From assembly GCA_965203295.1 (NCBI GenBank), contig CBDBCZ010000015.1:1216001-1280000 (forward strand): 64,000 nt of DNA. The letters are read 5' to 3'. The first letter of the stretch is position 1. Every line of letters begins with the position of its first letter. This DNA is from Nitrospirales bacterium (lineage in GTDB: Bacteria; Nitrospirota; Nitrospiria; Nitrospirales; UBA8639). Both the position numbers and the translations under genes were made by a program. Below are positions 1 through 12,700 of this stretch, one piece after another. The notes beneath the pieces were generated by a model that did no database searches, had not been told where the DNA came from, and worked only from the letters and a program-made list of their open reading frames with translations.

Positions 1-3000
1 TGTTTAGTTTGGTTGAAGTTAGTTTGCAGATTAGGAAAGAAGGATTTTATTTAAAATTGTTAGTTTTTTTGTCTCTAGCAAAGACTTTAAGCCAAAGTAA
101 CTTGCTACCATTTATCTGACCTTACTAACTGTTTAGAAAAAGAACTGTTTATTCAAAGGCCTGTTTAGTTTGGTTGATGTTAGCCTGAAGATAAGGAAAG
201 AAGGATTTTATTGAAAATTGTTAGTTTTGTTGGTCTCTAGCAAAGACTTTAAGCCAAAGTTCTACCATTGATCTGACCCTTCCGAACTATTTAGAAAAAG
301 AACTAGTTATTCAAAGGGCTGTTTAGTTTGGTTGATGTTAGCCTGAAGATTAGGAAAGAAGGATTTTATTGAAAATTGTTAGTTTTGTTGGTCTCTTGCA
401 ATGACTTTAATTAAGCCAAAGTTACTAGCTACCATCAATCTGACCTTTCCGAACTGTTTAGAAAAAGTCCTGGTTATTCAAAGGCTTGTTTTGTTTGAAT
501 GATATTAGTCTGAAGATTAGGAAAGAAAGATTTTATTGAAAATTGTTAGTTTTGTTGGTCTCAGGCAAAGACTTTCAGCCAAAGTAACTGGCTACCATTG
601 ATCTGACCCTTCCCTGCTGTTTAGGAAAAGAACTGGTTATTCAAAGGCTTGATTAGTTTAAATGATGTTAGTCGGATACAATACATGTTTAGGATGTGGC
701 GATGTTCAAGAAAGGAACTGGTTATTCAAAGGCTTGTTTAGTTTGGTTGATGTTAGTCTGAAGATTAGAAAAGAAGGATTTTATTGAAAATTGTTAGTTT
801 TGTATGTCTCAGGCAAAGACTTTCAGCCAAAGTAACTAGCTACCATTGATCTGACCCTTCCTAACTGTTTAGGAAAATAACTGGTTATTCAAAGGCTTGT
901 TTAGTTTGAATGATGTTAGCCTGAAGATTAGGAAAGAAGGATTTTATTGAAAATTGTTAGTTTTGTTGGTCTCTAGGGAAGACTTTAAGCCAAAGTAACT
1001 AGCTACCATTTATCTGACCCTTCCCAACTGTTTAGAAAAAGAACTGGTTATTCAAAGGCCTGTTTAGTTTTGTTGATGTTAGCCTGAAGATTAGGAAAGA
1101 AGGATTTTATTGAAAATTGTTAGTTTTGTTGGTCTCTTGCAATGACTTTAATTAAGCCAAAGTTACTAGCTACCATTGATCTGACCTTTCCGAACTATTT
1201 AGAAAAAGTGCTGGTTATTCAAAGGCTTGTTTTGTTTGAATGATATTAGTCAGATACAATACATGCTTAGGAAGTATCAATGTTCAAGAAAGGAACTGGT
1301 TATTCAAAGGCTTGTTTAGTTTGGTTGATGTTAGTCTGAAGATTAGGAAAGGAGGATTTTATTGAAAATTGTTAGTTTTGTTGGTCTCTAGCAAAGACTT
1401 TAAGCCAAAGTAACTTGCTACCATTTATCTGACCCATCCCAACTGTTTAGAAAAAGAGCTGGTTATTCAAAGGCTTGTTTTGTTTGAATGATATTAGTCA
1501 GATACAATACATGCTTAGGAAGTATCAATATTCAAGAAAAGAACTGGTTATTCAAAGGCTTGTTTAGTTTTGTTGATGTTAGTCTGAAGATTAGGAAAGA
1601 AGGATTTTATTGAAAATTGTTAGTTTCGTTGGTCTCAGGCAAAGACTTTCAGCAAAAGTAACTAGCTACCATTGATCTGACCCTTCCTAACTGTTTAGGA
1701 AAAGAACTGGTTATTCAAAGGCTTGTTTAGTTTGAATGATGTTAGTCTGAAGATTAGGAAAGAAGGATTTTATTGAAAATTGTTAGTTTTGTTGGTCTCT
1801 AGCAAAGACTTTAAGCCAAAGTAACTAGCTACCATTTATCTGACCCTTCCCAACTGTTTAGAAAAGAACTGGTTATTCAAAGGCCTGTTTAGTTTTGTTG
1901 ATGTTAGCCTGAAGATTAGGAAAGAAGGATTTTATTGAAAATTGTTAGTTTTGTTGGTCTCTTGCAATAACTTTAATTAAGCCAAAGTTACTTGCTACCA
2001 TTGATCTGGCCTTTCCGAACTTTTTAGAAAAAGTGCTGGTTATTCAAAGGCCTGTTTTTTTGAATGATATTAGTCAAATACAATACATGCTTAGGAAGTA
2101 TCAATGTTGAAGAAAGGAACTGGTTATTTAAAGGCTTTTTTAGTTTGGTTGATGTTAGTCTGAAGATTAGGAAAGAAGAATTTTATTTAAAATTGTTAGT
2201 TTTGTTGGTCTCAGGCAAAGACTTTCAGCCAAAGTAACTGACTACCATTGATCTGACCCTTCCCAACTGTTTAGGAAAACAACTGGTTATTCAAAGGCTT
2301 GTTTAGTTTGAATGATGTTAGTCAGATACAATACATGCTTAGAAAGTATCGATGTTCAAGAAAGGAACTGGTTATTCAAAGCCTTGTTTAGTTTGCTTGA
2401 TGATAATCTGCAGATTAGGAAAGAAGTATTTTATAGAAAATCGTTAGTTTTGTTTGTCTCTAGCAAAGACTTTGAGCCAAAGTAACTAGCTACCATTGAT
2501 CTGACCTCTTCCCAACTGTTTAGGAAAAGAACCTGTTATTCAAAGGCTTGATTAGTTTGAATGATGTTAGTCTGAAGATTAGGAAAGATGGATTTTATTG
2601 AAAATTGTTAGTTTTGTTGGTCTCAGGCAAAGACTTTCAGCCAAAGTAACTGGCTACCATTGATCTGACCCTTCCCAACTCTTTAGGAAAAGAACTGGTT
2701 ATTCAGAGCTTAATTAGTTTTAATGATGTTAGTCGAATACAATACATGTTAGGAAGTGTCGATGTTCAAGAAAGGAACTGGTTATTTAAAGGCTTGTTTA
2801 GTTTGGTTGATGTTAGTCTGAAGATTAGGAAAGAAGGATTTTATTGAAAAATTGTTAGTTTTGTTGGTCTCAGGCAAAGACTTTCAGCAAAAGTAACTAG
2901 CTACCATATATCTGACCCTTCCTAACTGTTTAGGAAAAGAACTGGTTATTCAAAGGCCTGTTTAGTTTGGTTGATGTTAGCCTGAAGATAAGGAAAGAAG

Positions 3001-3200
3001 GATTTTATTGAAAATTGTTAGTTGGTCTCTAGCAAAGACTTTAAGCCAAAGTTACTAGCTACCATTGATCTGAACCTTCCGAACTATTTAGAAAATGAGC
3101 TGGTTATTCAAAGGCTTGTTTTGTTTGAATGATATTAGTCAGATACAATACATGCTTAGGAAGTATCAATATTCAAAAAAGGAACTGGTTATTCAAAGGC
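1..3200 (+). repeat. Block duplicated at ~11547-15600 within the array
   Basis: Rare variants recur in order: ggttgaagttagtttgcag (~11 and ~11557), aactagttattcaaagggct (301 and 12420), ccctgctgt (612 and 12731), ggatgtggcga (~692 and ~12810). The offset changes from 11546 to 12119 across an indel. Confidence 0.9.
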
Positions 3201-6200
3201 TTGTTTAGTTTGCTTGATGTTAGTCTGCAGATTAGGAAAGAAGTATTTTATAGAAAATCGTTAGTTTTGTTGGTCTCTAGCAAAGACTCTGAGCCAAAGT
3301 AACTAGCTACCATTGATCTGACCCTTCCCAACTGTTTAGGAAAAGAACTGGTTATTCAAAGGCTTGTTTAGTTTAAATGATGTTAGTCGGATTCAATACA
3401 TGCTTAGGAAGTATCAATGCTCAAGAAAGGAACTGGTTATTCAAAGGCTTGTTTAATTTGGTTGATGTTAGTCTGAAGATTAGGAAAGAAGGATTTTATT
3501 GAAAATTGTTATTTTTTTGTCTCTAGCAAAGACTTTAAGGCGAAGTAACTAGCTACCATTGATCTGACCCTTCCCAACTGTTTAGAAAAAGAACTGGTTA
3601 TTCAAAGGCTTGTTTAGTTTGAATGATGTTAGTCTGAAGATTAGGAAAGAAGGATTTTATTGAAAATTGTTAGTTTTGTTGGTCTCTAGCAAAGACTTTA
3701 AGCCAAAGTAACTAGCTACCATTTATCTGACCCTTCCCAACTGTTTAGAAAAAGAACTGGTTATTCAAAGGCCTGTTTAGTTTCGTTGATTTTAGCCTGA
3801 AGATTAAGAAAGAAGGATTTTATTTATAATTGTTAATTTTGTTGGTCTCTTGCAAAGACTTTAAGCCAATGTAACTGGCTACCATTGATCTGATCCTTCC
3901 CAACTATTTAGAAAAAGAGCTGGTTATTTAAAGGCTTGTTTTGTTTGAATGATATTAGTCCGATACAATACATGCTTAGGAAGTATCAATGTTCAAGAAA
4001 AGAACTGGTTATTCAAAGGCTTGTTTAGTTTAGTTGATGTTAGTCTGAAGATTAGGAAAGAAGGATTTTATTGAAAATTGTTAGTTTTTTTGGTCTCAGG
4101 CAAATACTTTCAGCCAAAGTAACTGCCTGCCATTGATCTGACCCTTCCCAACTATTTAGAAAAAGAACTTGTTATTCAAAGGCTTGCTTAGTTTGAATGA
4201 TGTTAGTCAGATACAATACATGCTTAGGAAGTATCGATGTTCAAGAAAGGAATTGGTTATTCAAATGCTTATTTAGTTTGCTTGATGTTAGTCTGCAGAT
4301 TATGAAAGAAGTATTTTATAGAAAATCTTTAGTTTTGTTGGTCTCTAGCAAAGACTTTGAGCCAAAGTAACTAGCTACCATTGATCTGACCCTTCCCAAC
4401 TGTTTAGGAAAAGAACAGGTTATTCAAAGGCTTGATTAGTTTTAATGATGTTAGTCGAATACAATACATGTTTAGGAAGTGTCGATGTTCAAGAAAGGAA
4501 CTGGTTATTCAAAGGCTTGTTTAGTTTGGTTGATGTTAGTCTTAAGATTAGGAAAGAAGGATTTTATTGAAAATTGTTTGTTTTGTTGGTCTCTTGCAAT
4601 GACTTTAATTAAGCCAAAGTTACTAGCTACCATTGATCTGACCTTTCCGAACTATTTAGAAAAAGAGCTGGTTATTTAAAGGCTTGTTTTGTTTGAATGA
4701 TATTAGTCAGATTCAATACATGCTTAGGAAGTATCAATGTTCAAGAAAGGAACTGGTTATTTAAAGGTCTTTTTAGTTTGGTTGATGTTAGTTTGCAGAT
4801 TAGGAAAGAAGGATATTATTTAAAATTGTTAGTTTTTTTGTCTCTAGCAAAGACTTTAAGCCAAAGTAACTGGCTACCATTTATCTGACCCTTCCCAACT
4901 GTTTAGAAAAAGAGCTGGTTATTCAAAGGCCTGTTTAGTTTTGTTGATGTTAGCCTGAAGATTAGAAAAGAAGGATTTTATTGAAAATTGTTAGTTTTGT
5001 TGGTCTCAGGCAAAGACTTTCAGCCAAAGTAACTGGCTACCATTGATCTGACCCTTCCCAACTGTTTAGGAAAAGAACTGGTTATTCAAAGGCTTGTTTA
5101 GTTTGAATGATGTTAGTCAAATACAATACATGCCTAGGAAGTATCGATGTTCAAGAATGGAACTTGTTATTGAAAGGCTTGTTCAGTTTGGTTGATGTTC
5201 GTCTGAAGATTAGGAAAGAAGGATATATTGAAAATTGTTAGTTTTGTTGGTCTTTAGCAAAGACTTTAAGCCAAAGTAACTAGCTACCATTGATCTGACC
5301 CTTCCCAACTGTTTAGAAAATGAACTGGTTATTCAAAGGCCTGTTTAGTTTTAATGATGTTAGTCAGATACTATACACGCTTAGGAAGTATCGATGTTCA
5401 AGAAAGGAACTGGTTATTCAAAGGCTTGTTTAGTTTGGTTGATGTTAGTCTGCAGATTAGGAAAGAAGTATTTTATAGAAAATCGTTAGTTTTGTTGGTC
5501 TCTAGGAAAGACTTTGAGCCAAAGTAACTAGCTACCGTTGATCTGACCCTTCCCAACTGTTTAGGAAAAGAACTTGTTATTCAAAGGCTTGTTTAGTTTA
5601 AATGATGTTAGTCAGATACAATACATGCTCAGGAAGTATCGATGTTCAAGAAAGGAACTGGTTATTCAAAGGCTTGTTTAGTTTGCTTGATGTTAGTCTG
5701 CAGATTAGGAAAGAAGTATTTTATATAAAATTGTTAGTTTTGTTGGTCTCTATAAAAGACTTTAAGCAAAAGTAACTAGCTACCATTTATCTGACCCTTC
5801 CGAACTGTTTAGAAAAAGAACTGGTTACTCAAAGGCCTGTTTAGTTTTGTTGATGTTAGCCTGAAGATTAGGAAAGAAGGATATTATTGAAAATTGTTAG
5901 TTTTGTTGGTCTCTAACAAAGACTTAAAGCCAAAGTTACTAGCTACCATTTATCTGACCCTTCCAAACTATTTAGAAAATGAGCTGGTTATTCAAAGGCT
6001 TGTTTAGTTTGCTTGATGTTAGTCTGCAGATTAGGAAAGAAGGATTTTATTTAAAACTGTTATTTTTTTTGTCTCTAGTAAAGATTTTAAGCCAAAGTAA
6101 CTTGCTAACCTTTTTCTGACCCTTCCCAACTGTTTAGAAAAAGAGCTGGTTATTCAAAGGCCTGTTTAGTTTTGTTGATGTTAGCCTGAAGATTAGGAAA

Positions 6201-7689
6201 GAAGGATTTTATTGAAAATTGTTAGTTTTGTTGGTCTCTAGCAAAGATTTTAAGCCAAAGTAACTTGCTACCCTTTTTCTGACCCTTCCTAACTGTTTAG
6301 AAAAAGAGCTGGTTATTCAAAGGCCTGTTTAGTTTTGTTGATGTTAGCCTGAAGATTAGGAAAGAAGGATTTTATTGAAAATTGTTAGTTTTGTTGGTCT
6401 CAGACAAAGACTTTCAGCCAAAGTAACTGGCTACCATTGAACTAACCCTTCCCAACTGTTTAGGAAAAGAACTTGTTATTCAAAGGCTTGTTTAGTTTTA
6501 ATGATGTTAGTCAGATACAATACATGCTTAGGAAGTATCGATGTTCAAGAAAGGAACTGGTTATTCAAAGGCTTGTTTAGTTTGCTTGATGTTAGTCTGC
6601 AGATTAGGAAAGAAGTATTTTATAGAAAATCGTTAGTTTTGTTGGTCTCTAGCAAAGACTTTCAGCCAAAGTAACTAGCTACCATTCATCTGACCCTTCC
6701 CAACTGTTTAGGAAAAGAACTGGTTATTCAAAGGCTTGATTAGTTTTAATGATTTCAGTCGGATACAATACATGTTTAGGAAGTGTCGATATTCAAGAAA
6801 GGAACTGGTTATTCAAAGGCTTGTTTAGTTTGGTTGATGTTAGTCTGAAGATTAGGAAAGAAGGATTTTATTGAAAATTGTTAGTTTTTTTTGTCTCAGG
6901 CAAAGACTTTCAGCCAAAGTAACTAGCTACCATTGATCTGACCCTTCCTAACTGTTTAGGAAAAGAACTGGTTATTCAAAGGCTTGTTTAGTTTGGTTGA
7001 TGTTAGTCTGAAGATTAGGAAAGAAGGATTTTATTTAAAATTGTTAGTTTTTTTGTCTCTAGCAAAGATTTTAAGCCAAAGTAACTTGCTACCCTTTTTC
7101 TGACCCTTCCCAACTTTTTAGAAAAAGAGCTGGTTATTCAAAGGCCTGTTTAGTTTTGTTGATGTTAGCCTGAAGATTAGGAAAGAAGGATTTTATTGAA
7201 AATTGTTAGTTTTGTTTGTCTCAGGCAAAGACTTTCAGCCAAAGTAACTGGCTACCATTGATCCGACCCTTTCCAACTGTTTAGGAAAAGAACTTGTTAT
7301 TCAAAGGCTTGTTTAGTTTGAATGATGTTAATCAGATACAATACATGCTTAGGAAGTATCGCTGTTCAAGAAAGGAACTGGTTATTCAAAGGCTTGTTTA
7401 GTTTGGTTGTTGTTTGTCTGAAGATTAGGAAAAAAGGATTTTATTCAAAATCGTTATTTTTGTTGGTCTCAGGCAAAGACTTTCAGCCAAAGTAACTGTC
7501 TACCATTGATCTGACCCTTCCCAAATGTTTAGGAAAAGAACTTGTTATTCAAAGGCTTGTTTAGTTTGAATGATGTTAGTCAGATACAATACATGCTTAG
7601 GAAGTATCGATGTTCAAGAAAGTAACTGGTTATTCAAAGGCTTGTTTAGTTTGGTTGATGTTAGTCTGCAGATTAGGAAAGAAGTATTT

Positions 7690-9790
7690 TATTTTTTTTC
7701 AGCCAAAGTATCTTGCTACCATTGATATTACCCCTCCCAACTGTCTTGGAAAAGAACTGGTTTATGATTCAATCATTTGTTTAGTTTAAATGATGTTTGT
7801 CAGATACAATACATACATGTTTAGAAGGTAAGGGTTTTCACTAATAATTGGTACAATTTTAGCTTTATTGGTCTCAGGAAACTTTCAGTCAAAACAACTA
7901 GCTACCATTGATCTGACCCTTCCCAACTGTCTAGGAAAGAAATTGGTTTAAGATTTAATAGCTTGTTTAGTTTGAATGATGTTTGTCGGATACAATACAT
8001 GCTTAGGAATTATTGATGTTCAAGACCGGAACTGGTTATTCAAAGGCTTGTTTAGTTTGGTTGATGTTAGTCTGAAGATTAGGAAAGAAGGATTTCATTG
8101 AAAATTGTTAGATTTGTTGGTCTCTGGCAAAGACTTTAAGCCAAAGTCACTAGCTACCATTGATCTGACCCTTCCCAACTGTTTAGAAAAAGAACTGGTT
8201 ATTCAAAGGCTTATTTAGTTTGAATAATGTTAGTCAGATACAATACATACTTAGGAAGTAAGGGTTTTGACTGAAAATTATCAGTTTTATTGGTCTCAGG
8301 CAAAGACTTTCAGCCAAACTAAGTAGCTACCATTGATCTGACCCTTCCCAAGTGTCTAGGAAAGAAATTGGTGTAAGATTTAATAGGTTGTTTAGTTTGA
8401 ATGGTGTTAGTCGTATACAATACATGTTTAGGAAGTATCGATGTTCAAGAAAGGAACTGGTTATTCAAAGGCTTGTTTAGTTTAGTTGATGTTAGTTGAA
8501 GATTAGGAAAGGAGGATTTCATTGAAAATTGTTAGTTTTGTTGGTCTCAGGTAAAGACTTTCAGCCAAAGTATCTAGCTACCATTGATCTGACCCCACCC
8601 AACTGTCTTGGAAAGGAACTGGTTTATGATTCAACATTTGTTTAGTTTAAATGATGTTTGTCAGATACAATACATACTTGCTTAGAAAGTAAGGGTTTTC
8701 ACTAATAATTGGTACAATTTTAGCTTTATTAGTCTCAGGAAACTTTCAGTCAAAACAACTAGCTACCATTGATCTGACCCTTCCCAACTGTCTAGGAAAG
8801 AAATTGGTTTAAGATTTAATAGCTTGTTTAGTTTGAATGATGTTAGTCGGATACAATACATACTTAGGAAGTATCGATGTTCAAGACCGGAACTGGTTAT
8901 TCAAAGGCTTGTTTAGTTTGGTTGATGTTAGTCTGAAGATTAGGAAAGAAGGATTTCAGTGAAAATTGTTAGATTGGTTGGTCTCTGGCAAAGACTTTAA
9001 GCCAAAGTCACTAACTACCATTGATCTGACCCTTCCCAACTGTTTAGAAAAAGAACTGCTTATTCAAAGGCTTGTTTAGTTTGAAAGATGTTAGTCAGAT
9101 ACAATGCATGCTTAGGAAGTATCGATGTTCAAGAAAGGGACTGGTTATTCAAAGGCTTGTTTAGTTTGGTTGATGTTAGTCTGAAGATTAGGAAAAAAGG
9201 ATTTTATTCAAAATCGTTATTTTTGTTGGTCTCAGGCAAAGACTTTCAGCCAAAGTAACTGTCTACCATTGATCTGACCCTTCCCAAATGTTTAGGAAAA
9301 GAACTTGTTATTCAAAGGCTTGTTTAGTTTGAATGATGTTAGTCAGATACAATACATGCTTAGGAAGTATCGATGTTCAAGAAAGGAACTGGTTATTCAA
9401 AGGCTTGTTTAGTTTGGTTGATGTTAGTCTGCAGATTAGGAAAGAAGTATTTTATTTTTTTTCAGCCAAAGTATCTATCTACCATTGATATTACCCCTCC
9501 CAACTGTCTTGGAAAAGAACTGGTTTATGATTCAATCATTTGTTTAGTTTAAATGATGTTTGTCAGATACAATACATACATATTTAGAAGGTAAGGGTTT
9601 TCACTAATAATTGGTACAATTTTAGCTTTATTGGTCTCTGGAAACTTTCAGTCAAAACAACTAGCTACCATTGATCTGACCCTTCCCAACTGTCTAGGAA
9701 AGAAATTGGTTTAAGATTTAATAGCTTGATTAGTTTGAATGATGTTTGTCGGATACAATACATGCTTAGGAATTATTGATGTTCAAGACC
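7690..9790 (+). repeat. Island of diverged S/L hybrid monomers
   Basis: Units such as cagatacaatacatacatgtttagaaggtaagggttttcactaataattggtacaattttagc at 7801, 8662 and 9564. I did not see these elsewhere in the array. Confidence 0.9.
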
Positions 9791-12700
9791 GGAACTGGTT
9801 ATTCAAAGGCTTGTTTAGTTTGGTTGATGTTAGTCTGAAGATTAGGAAAGAAGGATTTCAGTTAAAATTGTTAGATTGGTTGGTCTCTGGCAAAGACTTT
9901 AAGCCAAAGTCACTAACTACCATTGATCTGACCCTTCCCAACTGTTTAGAAAAAGAACTGGTTATTCAAAGGCTTGTTTAGTTTGAATGATGTTAGTCAG
10001 ATACAATACACGCTTAGGAAGTATCGATGTTCAAGAAAGGAACTTGTTATTCAAGGGCTTGTTTGGTTTCGTTCATGTTAGTCTGAAGATTAGGAAAGAA
10101 GGATTTTAATGAAAATTATTAGTTTTGTTGGTCTCTAACAAAGACTTTAAGCCAAAGTTACTACCTACCTTTGATCTGACCCTTCCCAACTGTTTAGAAA
10201 AAGAGCTGGTTATTCAAAAGCTTGTTTAGTTTGAATGACGTTAGTCTGAAGATTAGGAAAGAAGGATTTTATTGAAAATTATTAGTTTTGTTGATCTCTA
10301 GCAAAGACTTTAAGCCAATGTTACTAGCTACCTTTGATCTGACCCTTCCCAACTGTTTAGAAAAAGAGCTGGTTATTCAAAAGCTTGTTTAGTTTGAATG
10401 ATGTTAGTCTGAAGATTAGGAAAGAAGGATTTTATTGAAAATTGTTAGTTTTGTTGGTTTCTAGCAAAGACTTTAAGCCAAAGTCACTAGCTACCATTGA
10501 TCTGACCCTTCCCAACTGTTTAGAAAAAGAGCTGGTTATTCAAAGGCTTGTTTTGTTTGAATGATATTAGTCAGATACAATACATGCTTAGGAAGTATCA
10601 ATGTTCAAGAAAGGAACTGGTTATTCAAAGGCTTGTTTAGTTTGGTTGATGTTAGTTTGCAGATTAGGAAAGAAGGATTTTATTTAAAATTGTTAGTTTT
10701 TTAGTCTATAGCAAAGACTTTAAGCCAAAGTAACTTGCTACCATTTATCTGACCCTTCCCAACTGTTTAGGAAAAGAACTGGTTATTCAAAGGCTTATTT
10801 AGTTTGAATGATGTTAGTCATATACAATACACGCTTAGGAAGTATCGATGTTCAAGAAAGGAACTTGTTATTCAAAGGCTTGTTTAGTTTGAATGATGTT
10901 AGTCAGATACAATACATGCTTAGGAAGTATCAATGTTCAAGAAAGGAACTGGTTATTCAAATGCTTATTTTGTTTGCTTGATTTTAGTCTGCAGATTAGG
11001 AAAGAAGTATTTTATAGAAAATCGTTAGTTTTGTTCTTCTCTAGGAAAGACTTTGAGCCAAAGTAACTGGCTACCATTGATCTGACCCTTCCCAACTGTT
11101 TAGGAAAAGAACTGGTTATTCAAAGGCTGGTTTAGTTTTAATGATGTTAGTCAGATACAATACATGCTTAGGAAGTATCGCTGTTCAAGAAAGGAACTGG
11201 TTATTCAAAGGCTTGATTAGTTTTAATGATTTTAGTCGGATGCAATACATGTTTAGGAAGTGTCGATGTTCAAGAAAGGAACTGGTTATTCAAAGGCTTG
11301 TTTAGTTTGAGTCATGTTAGTCTGAAGATTAGGAAAGAAGGATTTTATTGAAAATTGTTAGTTTTGTTGGTCTCTAGCAAAGACTTTAAGCCAAAGTTAC
11401 TACCTACCATTTATCTGACCCTTCCGAACTATTTAGAAAATGAGCTGGTTATTTAAAGGCTTGTTTTGTTTGAATGATATTAGTCAGATTCAATACATGC
11501 TTAGGAAGTATCAATGTTCAAGAAAGGAACTGGTTATTCAAAGGCTTGTTTAGTTTGGTTGAAGTTAGTTTGCAGATTAGGAAAGAAGGATTTTATTTAA
11601 AATTGTTAGTTTTTTTGTCTCTAGCAAAGACTTTAAGCCAAAGTAACTTGCAACCATTTATCTGACCTTACTAACTGTTTAGAAAAAGAACTGTTTATTC
11701 AAAGGCCTGTTTAGTTTGGTTGATGTTAGCCTGAAGATAAGGAAAGAAGGATTTTATTGAAAATTGTTAGTTTTGTTGGTCTCTAGCAAAGACTTTAAGC
11801 CAAAGTTCTACCATTGATCTGACCCTTCCGAACTATTTAGAAAATGAGCTGGTTATTCAAAGGCTTGTTTTGTTTGAATGATATAAGTCAGATACAATAC
11901 ATGCTTAGGAAGTATCAATATTCAAAAAGGAACTGGTTATTCAAAGGCTTGTTTAGTTTGGTTGATGTTAGTCTGAAGATTAGGAAAGAAGGATTTTATT
12001 TAAAATTGTTAGTTTTGTTTGTCTCAGGCAAAGACTTTCAGCCAAAGTAACTGGCTACCATTGATCTGACCCTTCCCAATTGTTTAGGAAAACAACTGGT
12101 TATTCAAAGGCTTGTTTAGTTTTAATGATGTTAGTCTGAAGATTAGGAAAGAATGATTTTATTGAAAATAGTTAGTTTTGTTGGTCTCAGGCAAAAACTT
12201 TCAGCCAAAGTAACTTGCTACCATTGATCTGACCCTTCCCAACTGTTTAGGAAAAGAACTGGTTATTCAAAGGTTTGTTTAGTTTGAATGATGTTAGTCT
12301 GAAGATTAGGAATGAAGGATTTTATTGAAAATTGTTAGTTTTGTTGGTCTCTAGCAAAGACTTTAAGCCAAAGTAACTAGCTACCATTTATCTGACCTTT
12401 CCCAACTGTTTAGAAAAAGAACTAGTTATTCAAAGGGCTGTTTAGTTTGGTTGATGTTAGCCTGAAGATTAGGAAAGAAGGATTTTATTGAAAATTGTTA
12501 GTTTTGTTGGTCTCTTGCAATGACTTTAATTAAGCCAAATTTACTAGCTACCATCAATCTGACCTTTCCGAACTGTTTAGAAAAAGTCCTGGTTATTCAA
12601 AGGCTTGTTTTGTTTGAATGATATTAGTCTGAAGATTAGGAAAGAAAGATTTTATTGAAAATTGTTAGTTTTGTTGGTCTCAGGCAAAGACTTTCAGCCA

